A stretch of 64,000 bases of DNA, taken from positions 372,001 through 436,000 of the forward strand of contig CBFFRQ010000057.1 in the NCBI GenBank assembly GCA_965644315.1, given 5' to 3'. The position numbers and the translations under genes were made by a program. Every line of letters starts with the position of its first letter. The stretch's first letter is position 1. Below are positions 1-11,397 of the stretch, piece by piece. The notes beneath the pieces were generated by a model. The model saw nothing but the letters and a program-made list of their open reading frames with translations, did no database searches and was not told where the DNA came from. Origin of the DNA: Caecitellus pseudoparvulus. Lineage: Eukaryota > Protista > Bigyra: Bicosoecida.

Positions 1-1025
1 ATGATCTGAGCCCACTTTGCAGCTCGGCTGGCTATGCGTTCCGTGACACAGTCAACACAGTGAGTGCACTGGCGTGGCCAGGGCAGTGCCTGCTGCCACG
101 CTGCCAAACTTTGCTGGCTGCAGTTGCATACTCTCGCTTCTCCGCCGTTAACAGGTCCTCAATGACACTTACAACTTCAACATCTGTGGCTACAGCCCGA
201 AGTACTGCATGCCTCAAGGTGCGGCAGTTGGTGCCGGCTGCCGCTGAGGCCTGGTGCTGCAGCGCGCTTTCCCCCTGCGCCCTGTGCAGGCTCCTCCCAG
301 ATTTACACTGCTGGCGTCGCGGTGCAGTCCTGGGGCACTCCTCCAGCTTGCAACGCGAATACATTCAACTGCACAGACCCCGTGTCGCTGGAGAACGTGT
401 GCTGCACTGAGGACTGCGAGGTGCTGGGCATTGACCCGCCCGAGTTTCGCATCAAGGACAAGAAGGTGTGTGCACAGCTGGCTGGCCTCACTGCTTCAAA
501 TGGCCCAATCTGGCAGCTATGCCTTGCTTTGTTTGCTCGCAGAATCCCCAAACGGGTGGCTTGATCGTGCAGCATCGAGGCATGCCCCGCCAGCCTGGCG
601 TGCTCAACCCGTGCCCGCCCACCAACAACTTCGGCGTGCAATACGGCCGCAACGTGACGTTCCACATCGAGTGCGACCCTTCTGTCAATTTGGAGTTTGT
701 CGATGGCGAGGAGTCCCCAACGTGCTCCTACCAGCTGTACTTGAAGTCCAAGCATGCCTGTGGTGATGCGTACTCTGGCCCTGGCTCTGCCTCCTCTCGC
801 AACGGGTTGGTGGCTGGGATGTTCTTCCTGGGACTCTTCATCGGCATCCTTGCTCTCGGAGGTTATTGGTGGTACACTGCAAAGTACGGCGGCTGCGGCA
901 AGTCTGGCAGCTACTTCAAGTTCGGCTCTGGCTCAAGCGCCCCCTCTGGCACGGCTCCCTCTGCCTACGGCGGTTCTACGAAGGGAAGCTCCATGGGAAG
1001 CTCATCTTACTCCACTGTGGGATAA
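1..1025 (+). CDS. Mannose-6-phosphate-receptor-homology (MRH/ATG27-like) type I membrane protein, 5' truncated, 3 introns
   Basis: Spliced reading gives (Y)DLSPLC...YNFNICG...GRNVTFHIECDP...CSYQLYLKSKHAC, the MRH Cys pattern. It is followed by TM GLVAGMFFLGLFIGILALGGYWWY and a tail ending YSTVG (YxxPhi). GT-AG introns at about 60-154, 219-289 and 466-542. Confidence 0.75.
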
Positions 1026-1032
1026 GCTTAAG

Positions 1033-1038
1033 AATGCA
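1033..1038 (+). terminator. AATGCA putative 3'-end signal (MRH gene)
   Basis: 7 nt after the TAA. Confidence 0.55.
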
Positions 1039-1087
1039 AGCTTGGTAGCGGTGCCCTTTGCTGGGGCTGAGCCAGTAAGTGGATGCT

Positions 1088-3698
1088 TCACACACCACCG
1101 ATCTGGGGCCGCACCGCACTCTTGCGCTTGGCCTGCCGCTGCAAGAACGCCGCAGCATCTTGAGAAGGCGAACGAGGCTTCCCATGTCCTGAAAACTGAT
1201 CCCTATTCTGGGTCGAGCTGCTTTCTGTGTCTGCGGGACTTGGCGTAGGATTTGCCTGGCCAGCAAAGCCGATCACCTTAAGCCGTCCAGCTTGCTGGCG
1301 AACTTGAGTCAAGGCTTGCTGCAGGCGGCTCTCAAGCCTCATGATATATGCCTCTCGGTCGTCGAGTTGTGAGCCGCTCTCCTTTGCACGCAGGGCTCGC
1401 GCCCTTCGCCCTGCAACTCTTGCCGCAATGCGCTCGCGCACCCCGGCTCGCGACGGCGTGGCAGATTGCGAGCTACCCTGCGCCGAGGCGGGTCGATGTT
1501 CACCGCACTCAGTTCGTTGTGATGTGTCTGTCGCTTGCACGCTCTCAGCGCTCTTACTGCGGGATGCGCCATCCAGCCACTCTCGACGACTTCTCAGAGC
1601 CTCCGACAAGTCTCGAATGGAGCGCACTTTCGGGATGCTAAACACTTGCTGAGCATCCATCACATGGGGTGAAGTTGTTCCAGGCTGTTGAGGTACCCCG
1701 CCGATCGTCTGGGCCTCTGTTTGCCCGCTGCCCTCCTCTTGCCAGGCGGGCCGGCAACCCCCTGAAAACACCCTTTCAAGACCCTTTGCCTGGACCTTGC
1801 TTCCCCTCGATGGACCATCCCGGGTGTGCACAAGAGCAGGGGTGTTTGCTTGGGAAGCAATCTGGAGGTCTGCAGGCTGCTTGCCACGGTATCCTTGCGC
1901 CTTGCGCAGTTGGATCTCGAGCGTCGCGGCCCGCTGCTCTGCCTCTGCCTGCTTCGCAGCAGCTTGGGCTGCTTCCACTGTGGCACGTGTGGCCACCTCC
2001 TTTTGCTCAGCCAGCTGCTCCTGCAATGACTGTATTGCTGAGCTTGATGAGTCCAACATGCTGGCGGCATCTGCCCTCTCAGCCGCTGATGCAGCGCGGA
2101 GCGCTTCCAGACCGCCCTGCATGTCCTTGATGTGCACGCGGGCATGGGCAAGCTCTTGCACAATTCTAGCGTTCTCCTCTTGCAGCGCAATAAAGGCAGC
2201 ATGTACTCCTGTCTTACCTGAAGGCTGCACGTGTGCAGAGGCTGATCCGGTTCGTGGCTGACTTGCTGGACCCCCTGCTTCAAGCACACTCACGTACTTC
2301 ATCAGCGCCGAGAGCTTCCGCCGGAGCTCATCTCTTGACAGCTCCTGGTTTACATGGATGGTGTTTCGGATGTTTTGTGCCCGGGCACCGAAGCGGAGGG
2401 TGGAAAGTGTCTCGTCTGCATCCGATGCTGATGGGCTAACAGTGAGGATCAAGTGCGTCTTGGTGTTGCCACCCAAGCTGTCCCTGAGCAGGTGCGTCAG
2501 CTTTGAATCTCGATACGGTACGTGGGTTCTACTGGTGTCTGTCAGAGCTGAGATGCAGTTTCCAAGCACGGACAGGCTCTTGTTGATGTTGGCAGCCTCC
2601 CGGAAAGCTGCGCCCGTTGCACCCGATCGCGTGACTCGCTCGGAGCCTGCGAGGTCCACCAAGCTCAGCGTGGACCTCACTGTGCTGCCATCTGGCTTCT
2701 CCTGCTGCAACATCAGCATGAACACTGCATGGGATCGACTGCTTTCGGAGTTCATGTGTGTGCTGCCCACGGCTCTCAGTCGTGTGCCTGCCCGAACCAC
2801 TTCTTGCACGCTGCGAGCATCCGGCGTGACAACCTGCCGAAGACCTTCCACCCACACTCCTCTGCGCCAGTCATCTCGAATGCGAAGAGTCGCTTTCGGG
2901 TCCCCCCCCAGCAGATCCCGAAAAGTCTCATTGTAGATTTCCAAGAAACCACACTTTACGCTGAATTCCGTGTCCACTTCGACCCTCGTGGAAGCAGGTG
3001 CTGAGCAGTCGTGGCTCGATGAGCTCGGTGAAATTGAACGAAAGAGATCGGCGGTGATGCGTGGAATCAGCCCCGATTCAGGGGTGAGAATTCCGTCGAA
3101 GTCACCGTACATCGTGTGCGTTTTGCCCGAGCCAGTTTGACCGTACGCGAAGATTGCGGCTGCGAAGTGGAGTCACAAAGTTTCAGAAAGTTGCCATGCG
3201 CCGCTTGAAGCCGCGGCGTGGGGTCGCACAATTGAACCCTGCCAGGACATCTTGCACTGCCTGCGGTGGTGAGGGCACAAGCAAACCGTCAACGCCAGCG
3301 TCCACTTCAGGGTGCTGCAACAGTCGCCTGGCAACATACCGATCGACCGACAGCCTCAAACACTGAATCTTGAGTCGAACTTGCTCCTCTGCGAGGTTGG
3401 TTTCGTGTTGGTGGGGTCAAAAGAGGCAGTGCAGTTTCGCGCTCAGCCGTTGCGTTGGCGTTTCCCGCTCAACAACCTTGCACGGGCAATGGCCTTACAG
3501 GACCTGAGTGAAGGAAAACGTAGCCTCAGAGCTGCCCTTGAAGCGAATGGCGTCTCCTTCCACCTGGATGCAGAGGTTGGATAAGGTTCCCTGCCGAAGT
3601 GGTAGTGGCCGGATGCGTGTGACCACGTTGACCTTGCACGAGTGGTGGCCAACTCGGCCATGTTCGCCAACGCCGCCGTCGGTGCTCATACTTGCCAT
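1088..3698 (-). CDS. Kinesin with N-terminal motor domain and coiled-coil stalk (kinesin-1-like)
   Basis: Spliced 5' exons give VNVVTRIRP...[32 protein letters not shown] (P-loop). The main exon has NSESSRSH (switch I), LVDLAGSE (switch II), HVPYRDSKLT and ETLSTLRFG. 3' end taken from the ORF stop. Confidence 0.93.
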
Positions 3699-3793
3699 GC
3701 AAGCCCATCAACTCAGCCATGGGCGCGTCGATGAGAGATGTGCAGTATGCTAGGTCCAGCCAAGCTCGCCGACGGTAGAATTGTGACGCACTG

Positions 3794-3799
3794 TGCATT
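3794..3799 (-). terminator. AATGCA putative 3'-end signal (ferlin)
   Basis: 27 nt after the stop on the minus strand. Confidence 0.55.
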
Positions 3800-3826
3800 G
3801 CTGGCCTGCGGTCCGAACGCCACCGA

Positions 3827-6800
3827 TCAACTCGCGGCAGCACCTGAACCTGACCTAGGGCCCTTTCCGGAGGCTGACGCGCCCCCTGCAGGGGCAGCTT
3901 TGCCCTCAGCCTTGTCTGCCTCCTTTGGGAGCAAGGGCTTGCTCTCCTCTGGATCAGCAAGCTCCGGGTCCAGGTCAAGGGCGGCGTCTTCTGACAGCTC
4001 CACCTGCTGGCAGGACGCCTTGGCATTGTAGTAGATGGGTGGGCCGCACAGCACAATGAAAAGGAGAAGCCAAATGATCACTTGCACCTCAGTGGGGAAC
4101 TCTGATAGGATGACAAAGACAACGTTCAAGAAGGGAGTGCCCCAGATCAAGATGGCCACGATCGCGATAAACACCAGCAGGCACATGATTTTTCGGCACA
4201 GCGCTGGGCCCAGGATCTCATTGAGCAAGTACAGCGGGTTGAGAGAAAACTTCATGCGACCAACGGGGTCTGGAAGTTCGGGGTTCATGTTCGGCTCGCT
4301 TCGCCCGAAGCCTGCCGGCAGCTCGTCCTTGGCGATCTCGATGGGCACCGCCTGTACGGAGATGAGCACTTTGCCGGCAAACTCCCGACACATCTTGCCA
4401 TCCTTGAACTCGGTGTACATCTTCAACCACGCAGCATTGTCGGGGTGCACATCCTCTTCGATTCCCACCAGTTTCTTCATGTTCTTCACGCTCTCCTTTG
4501 CCTCGGCTTCATCTGCAGCCCGCTTGGCTTCCGCAGCAGACATGCCTGTATCCTCCTCCTCGTCCCCCACACCAGCGGCAGCTGGTCGCTTGGGGCCAGA
4601 GGTGCTCACGCCCCCGACACTGTCGATGACCCCTTCGTCGTCGTCTGACTCATAAGCAGCAAGTTGTGGGTCTGTCGGCTGCTGAGGAGCTGGCGCGACT
4701 GCACCGGCCGTTACTGTTCGGTGCTGCGGCGCGCCAACAGCCCTACCGTGGGAGCTGGGGTCTCCATCTTCTCCACCCTGCCCCGCTGCTGCTCCGGATG
4801 CAGGTGCGGCACCCTGGTCTCCATCCTTGGCTTGCGTTGGGTCACTGGCCGTGACCCCCAAGGTTTCAGCGCCTTGGAACTGCCCACCGCCTTTGCCTTC
4901 TCCATCTTTGGGAGGCGCCTTCAGCGGGGGAAACATGTGCGTGGGAGCCTTGGTGCGGAAGGCCTCTGCCAGGCACTTGCTCATGTCCAAGGGGGTGCTC
5001 TCTGCGATGCAGTCATTCCACTTGAACAGGTCCTGGTCCCACATTTGGAACGTCAGGTATGGGAACTTATTGGGCCACTGCGTCTTGAACTTCATGCGCC
5101 AGTTGAATGAGCCTTTGCCCTTCTTGCAGCGCCAGTGAATATCAGTGCACTGCTCAGTGCAGCCTTCCACCCACCCCTTGATGTACAGGTCATTCTGATC
5201 CGTAACTGTGTCTGCACTGCGCACACCTCGAGTCTTCCACACAATGACACGCACTTCAAACTCTTGGGGGGGCGGCAGAGTGATGTCGATGCCAGGATAC
5301 TTCAGGGCATCGGTGGACTTGATGATGTCCACCCACATGCGCATGGTACCTTGCGAGGTCGTGCTGGTGGGGTTCCACAGAGTGCGCTCTTCCACTGGCT
5401 TCGGGGCCAGGCGGTCATCAGTTTGAAACTCCTGCCCCAACTTCGACCACCGCTTCTCGAACACCCTGTCCTCCAGATCGATGACAGTCTTGCCGATCAT
5501 GTCGTCGAAAGTGATCATGTCGTAGTCCCACATTGTCAGCTCCAAGCGGGAAGGCCCCGGCAGGTGCGTCGTGATATCAAAGCGCCGGTACATCTTCGGT
5601 TCAGTCGTCTTTGGCAGGTAGTTCTTGCGGTCGCTGATGTACTTCTTCCCCAAGGACAGAGTCAGGTATGGGTCAGAGGTGCCGTTGGAGTCCATGGGCT
5701 GCACGTTGAAGCAGTCCATGATGTAGACACGCACGCTGTATGCTCGGGGGGCAAGGATGGCCTTCAAGTCAACATGGGGGTTGTCGCCAGAGTCCTCTTG
5801 CTCCCGCATGAGCCGAATGAGGCCCTTGAAGTAGCCCACTTTTTTCAGTGAGCTGGGGAGTGCAATGCCCATCACGGAGCCACGCCCAAACGTCTGGCCC
5901 CTCCAGATGGGGTACGTCTCAAAGGGGGCTGTACCGAAGACGCTTTCCAAGCCACAATCGTACACCCTGCGATCCTTGAGGTATTTCTGTTTCTTCTCGT
6001 CTTCCACGCCTTGCGCTGCATCCAGCGTCAGCAAGCCGAAGTTCAATCCATCCGGCGCAGTGGGAGGCACACTAGAGGACACTTCATCTTCGTCCTCCTC
6101 TTCAAAGATGACTTCCTCTTCACCCCCCTCCTTTGCTTCTCCGGCTGCTGCACCGCTGGCCTCGGCAATTGGCTGGGCTGGTGCAGGAAGTTTCACTTCC
6201 CTTGCCCCTCCGTCATCCACCTCACCGTCACTGGAAGTGTCTGAGTCAGAGTCAGACTCCGAGCTGGAATCTGACGTGTCCTTGCCATCCCCCACCCCAC
6301 CGTCGGTGTCTTCGGCCCTATCAGCGTCAGCCGACGGCTTGCGTGCTCGGGCATCAGCAATCTTGGCACGGTTCCGCTCCACTGCCTGTGTGGGGTCCAG
6401 GCTGCCAGTCGCAATGTTCGGGTCTGCTGTGGGCGCACCCAGGCCAGTTGGCTGAGCGCCAGGGCCATCGTCCAAGCCGGACCCATCCGGCCCAGCGCCA
6501 CCAGCTGCAGAAGCGCCTCCGCTCAGCAACGCCTCGTCCTCTTTCAGGTCCTTCAGGCCTGCGTCTTGCGCTCCATCCTGCAGCAGTGCGTCAGATTCCG
6601 CTGCCGCATCTTCTGGGTCCACTTCAAAGATGTTCTCCGACATGGCAGCACCCGTGGGAGGCATGTACGTCGCAGAGCCCGGGATCTTGCTTTCGAGTGG
6701 GATAGTGGCTGTGCCCAGGAGAGGGCGCGAGAAGCCCCCGAGCCTTGAGTCGTGCACTCGCAAGTGCAAGGAGGGTGCGAAGATAGGGTTTGTCGGCACT

Positions 6801-9800
6801 GGCACTGGTAGCGTGATGCGCTCGCAGAAGTTGGGGTCTTCGCCTGACGGCTTGCTACTCGTGGCTGTCTTCTTCACTTCCGTGCTATGCTTGCGCTCGC
6901 CAACGTCAAACTCAATGTACGGGTTCTGTGGCTTCAAGAAAGCGTACGTTGCTAGGGATCGCAAGCCCAGCACAGTGATCTCAGCATACCACTCCTCAAA
7001 GTCAGGGTAAATGGTTGTGGGCACCACGGGCACGCGCTGCTTCGGGTCATCCTTTGTGATGAGCTGGAAGTTCAGCAGCAAGTACCCTTGTGCGCCCTCC
7101 TTCTCACGGCCCACGGTTGTGAGCTTGTACCACTCCGGGTCTGGAAGCACCGGCGGCAGGTCTGCTGCGGCTCCACGAATGCAGCGGTCGTCATTCACAT
7201 CAAAGCGGAGTTCTGAGATCTTGTCGTTCTTGGAGAGGGAATCCCAGTCCCACAACTGCAGAAGCACTTGGGGTGCAAACTGCAGCGGAGGCAACATGAG
7301 GTCCAGTTGGATGGTCTCATACCATGAGGGAGACGTCGTCATGGTCTTGATGCTGGTTTCCTGTTCAGTGCCGTTGAAGAGCACCTTGACAAACGGGTCA
7401 ATGCTGCCGTTGTCATCGGCAGCTGGCAAGCTGCGGCCCTGGTACACGTGCACGCGCAACTGATAAGGAGTCAGGTCAGACAGCGCCTCCAGGTCTGTTT
7501 CCCACGGGTTCTCAGCGGCACTTGTGTCAGTGCCCATGCCAAGTTTGATGAGAACGTTTCCTGGGTTTTCGTCGTCAGCCAGAGCGTTCAGTGCCGCATC
7601 CTCTCGCAGCGGCTGCCACCAAGGCTCGGCCTGAAAACCGTACTCTATCAGCGCGGCCGTCTTGAAACGGGCGTAAGACACCCTCACGTGCTTACCCTTG
7701 GTGTGGTCACCTCGAAACAAGTACACAAATGTGTCGGGCATGTAGGCTGCCTCAACAGGCACCTGCACTTGAATCTGCTCAAGGCTGCCCCAGTGCACGA
7801 CCCCCTTAAAGTTCTTGCATCGGCGGGAGAAGATGCTGTACTGCCCCATGGCAATTTCAATGCCAACATCGGAGGACATCAGGCCGGTACTGACGCCAAT
7901 GTGCTTCCTGAATCGCGGGATCTCGCTGCCAGCGACGACCAGCGCCCTGAGGACAAGCCGGCGCATGGGGGGGAAGAGGCGTGGGGGCAGGGGGGTGGCT
8001 GCCTTGATCTTCACCTCTTCTTTCTCGTCCTTGATGACTTCACGGTCTGATACGACCCTCCCTGATATGAGCAGGCGACCACGGAAGTTGGAGGCAGACT
8101 CAGGGTACCTGTTCATGTGGTTCTTCACGTTGCCAAAGTCCACACCGTCCGGCGCGCCGTACACTGGCATCCACATAGGACTCCGCCCATGCTTCTCAAT
8201 CTGATTGAACTTGAGGTAAATGGTGCCGACTCTGTCGTTGCTAGCGAGCCTGTCGTAGTCCCACAGCGTCAACTCGATGCGGTTTGTCATGGTAGGGGTA
8301 AGCACGGGCATCCACAGCTCCGTGTCGAAGTTTGCAGCCAGCTGGCCACTGACGCCCTTGACTGTCTTGTACTTGGTGCGTATGGGGGGGTTTCCGGCAA
8401 AGCTAGCCTCGACGTACGCATCGATGCCAGCTTTGGACAAGACCGTCTCCGAATCCATCGCCGGCATGTGGTCGGCCCGATGCACAGTGAGCACTAGGAA
8501 CTTGAGTTGTCGCTCAATCTGTGGCGGCATGAGCAGCATGCTTTGCACTCCCTGGCTCTTCTCCTTGGCAGCCATCTCGGCTTCCTCCTTTGCGTCGTAC
8601 TGGTGGCGCTTGTCGCCCGGCCCGAGGACGGCCACAGACAGCTTGAGGTAACCCTGCACGCCCGTGTCATCTGCGTTCGTTGGGTCTGTGATCCCCACCC
8701 ACTGATTGTGCACTTCATGGTGCGGTTGGAAGTACACGTACGATGCGTCCATGGAGTACGAGCCGATGAGGTCGTCACGTGTGAACGTATCAGCGTCGAA
8801 GACGGAAACCTTGATCACCGCATCCTCCATCTGTTCTTTCTCCATGTTCGGGAAGTTCAGAAACAGCGTTTCGTCCCACACAGCTGACGTGCGGTTGGAG
8901 AAGCACTTGGTGTTCTTCTTCTGACCCAAGACCTCCGCGTACACGACAGGGTCAGCCGAGCCATCGGGGTCCTCGCCTTTTAGACTGCGAGCCTCAATGA
9001 TGTGCACTTGCACTTGGTAGTCCCCGTCGACGAACTCCACGCTCATCAGACGATCGCGCTCCTTGGCTGCTGACTCCTCTGCGGCAGCCCGCTCCTCGTC
9101 GGTCATCTTGGACTCGTCCTTGCCCGTCGGCGCGTTCTCCACTTCGCCGCCCTGTGCAGTGTCTACACCATCTGCAGCGGTGGCTGCCCTTGCGGTGGTT
9201 GGCACTGAGTCAGCTGGTTCAGCCTTCCAGATGCCGGTCAGCAGCAGCTCTCCTCGAGGCTTGTCTTGCGTCACGCCATCCTTATCTTTCAGCTTGATCC
9301 AGTGCTTGATGTGGTCTTCGTGCAAGTCCCCACCGACGCTGCTGCCTCTGCGAGGCTTGAAGCTGTTTACAGGCAGCACTGCCGCGCCCAACAGCGAGTC
9401 TCGCATCATGTTCTTGTTCATGACGCGCACAGTGATCTTGCACTCGGGGTCCGAGACGGGAAAGAGGTAAGACTCATTCCAGGATGGCTCCAGGCAGTCC
9501 TGCTTCACAGAGGAAGTGATGCGGTTGCGGGAGTTGCCCACCTCCACGACGACGTACGGGTCTGACTGGTCCCCTTTCACTCCTGAATCCTGGGATAACA
9601 AGCCACGTGCCTGGGCCACCACCAGGAGTAGTGTGTTGCGGGGGTTGACCTCCTGGGAGGCGGCTGCCGATGCACCCAGCGCCTTGCGGCCTTCAGCCTC
9701 CAAAGCCTCCCTAGCTGCATCAGGGGCGATGTCCAAGCGCTCCAGGCACACGTGCACTTCACCATGCTTGCGCCCCTCGTACATGACAGGGTACCACGCT

Positions 9801-10330
9801 CTCATGCCTCGTTCATCTGTGGGGCCTCGGTCCAGCATGTCTGCGAGATGGCGTGGTGAGCGTGGTGCCGCACTCAGCGCCTCGCTGGTCCCGGTTGGGC
9901 AACACAGGCACACGCACGGTCCAGTGAGACCTTCGCGACCCCTAGTGGCGTTGAGCCGATGAAGTTCTGGGGCGCAGGGTGAGTGGGGGGCGCGTGTCAC
10001 TTGGCAAGGCAGGGGCAGCTTCGTGACCGCTCAGCACATTGGCCCCCGGGGCTCGACTCGTGCCTCGGCGCCACGCATGCAGCCACGCACTTTGTCCCTG
10101 ACCTCAATGTTCAGAACATAGTGCTTCGAAAAATCGAGGGAGGCCTCCTCCAGGCGGTAGTCTGCGTCCATCCACACTGGCTCCAGGGTGGAGGAGATGG
10201 CCTTGGTTTGCTTCCTCCAGCTGCCCAGCGTAAACACAGCGAAGGGGTCACTTGAACCCGACACATCTCCGACGCGGAGGCCCCTTGCTTCCACATTGAA
10301 CACCCTGATCACCCTGCCAGCAGCCGCCAT
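3827..10330 (-). CDS. Ferlin-family multi-C2-domain membrane protein
   Basis: About nine C2 domains (e.g. YQLRVHVYQGRSLPAADDNGSIDPFVKV, FEVRVIVWKT), ferlin motifs TDIHWRCKKGKGSFNWR and PAGFGRSEPNMNPELPDP, and C-terminal hydrophobic helices. The first exon (10330-10091) encodes a C2 domain joined through two GT-AG introns. Confidence 0.92.
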
Positions 10331-10653
10331 GGCTTCAGAGCAGTATGGCGCGGCCTCGCTGGGTGTGGGCGTTTCGCCTGCACAAAGCTGCTCTCCTCAC
10401 TCCAAGCCAGGCAAGGCGACAACGCTGGGACACCGAGGCGCTGCACGTGGCCACCGAGGTCTGCGATGTCGGCCATCAGCCTTGTAGTATGTGAGGGGAT
10501 GTTGAAGTGAGAGGCGTCTCGCAATGCTTGTGTTGAGGTGGCCGTGCGGGATGCTGGCAATTTTCCTCCACACTTCCAGTGAATCGCCCCACCCCCGGAC
10601 TGCAGTTGCGTTGTGTATGCTTCTTAAGTTTCAATCCTTCCTCAGCAGGACAC

Positions 10654-11355
10654 ATGGCAGACGAGGCCGCCAGAAAAGTGCCGACGAATGTGGGTAACGT
10701 TATCGAAAGCGTGAGCCGCCCGGTGACCCGCAGAGCTCAGCGCATTGAACTCGCAGGCTGCGGGAGGGATAGCAGTAAGCGATGCAGATCTGAAAGCAGC
10801 ATTCCACTTCTTGGACTCCAAAGGCAAGGGCAAGATCACCATGGCGGACTTGAAACAGTGCGATCCTGAAACGGCTATGAAACGCTGGCGGGGCACCCAC
10901 TCTTTGTGTGCTGCGTTGATGCAGAAAGCTTGCCCCATTCTACCCTGACATGCCAGTGAAGGAGTATGCTTTCCTCATGGGTGACTCGAAGAGCCTCTCC
11001 TGTGCGGCAATTGGCGCGGGTGCGCTGCGAGGCAAACTATGCACTCGACGCGCCGCCATGCACAGTGCACGACTTGAAGGAGCTCCTCGCTGACAATGAG
11101 ATCACGGGATTCGACCCTGTCGCAGAGGCATTCAAGGTGTACGACCCAGAAGGCACAGGGTTCGCTGACACAGACATCATGAGGCAGGTGTTCACGGGGT
11201 TGGGATACACCGACCTTAGCGACGAGGACCTGGACATCCTTGTGGAGGCAGCTGACAAGGATGGCGATGGGTTAGTGAGCTTGGAGGACTTCCGCAGCAT
11301 GGTGTATGCGGCAGGCAGCACTGACCCTGCGAAAGGCACGGCTGCCGGCCAATGA
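10654..11355 (+). CDS. EF-hand Ca2+-binding protein (calmodulin/centrin-like), about 3 introns
   Basis: AAFHFLDSKGKGKITMADLK, AFKVYDPEGTG and ADKDGDGLVSLEDF EF loops across exons. Confidence 0.8.
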
Positions 11356-11375
11356 GCAGGCGCCAGCGTGCGAGG

Positions 11376-11381
11376 TGCATT
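11376..11381 (-). terminator. AATGCA putative 3'-end signal (VPS52)
   Basis: 16 nt after the stop. Confidence 0.55.
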
Positions 11382-11397
11382 TGCTTCTCTCGCTCGG

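Noticed and set aside
2189-2194. Canonical AATAAA
   Set aside because: It lies within the kinesin CDS on the antisense strand, not at any gene end.
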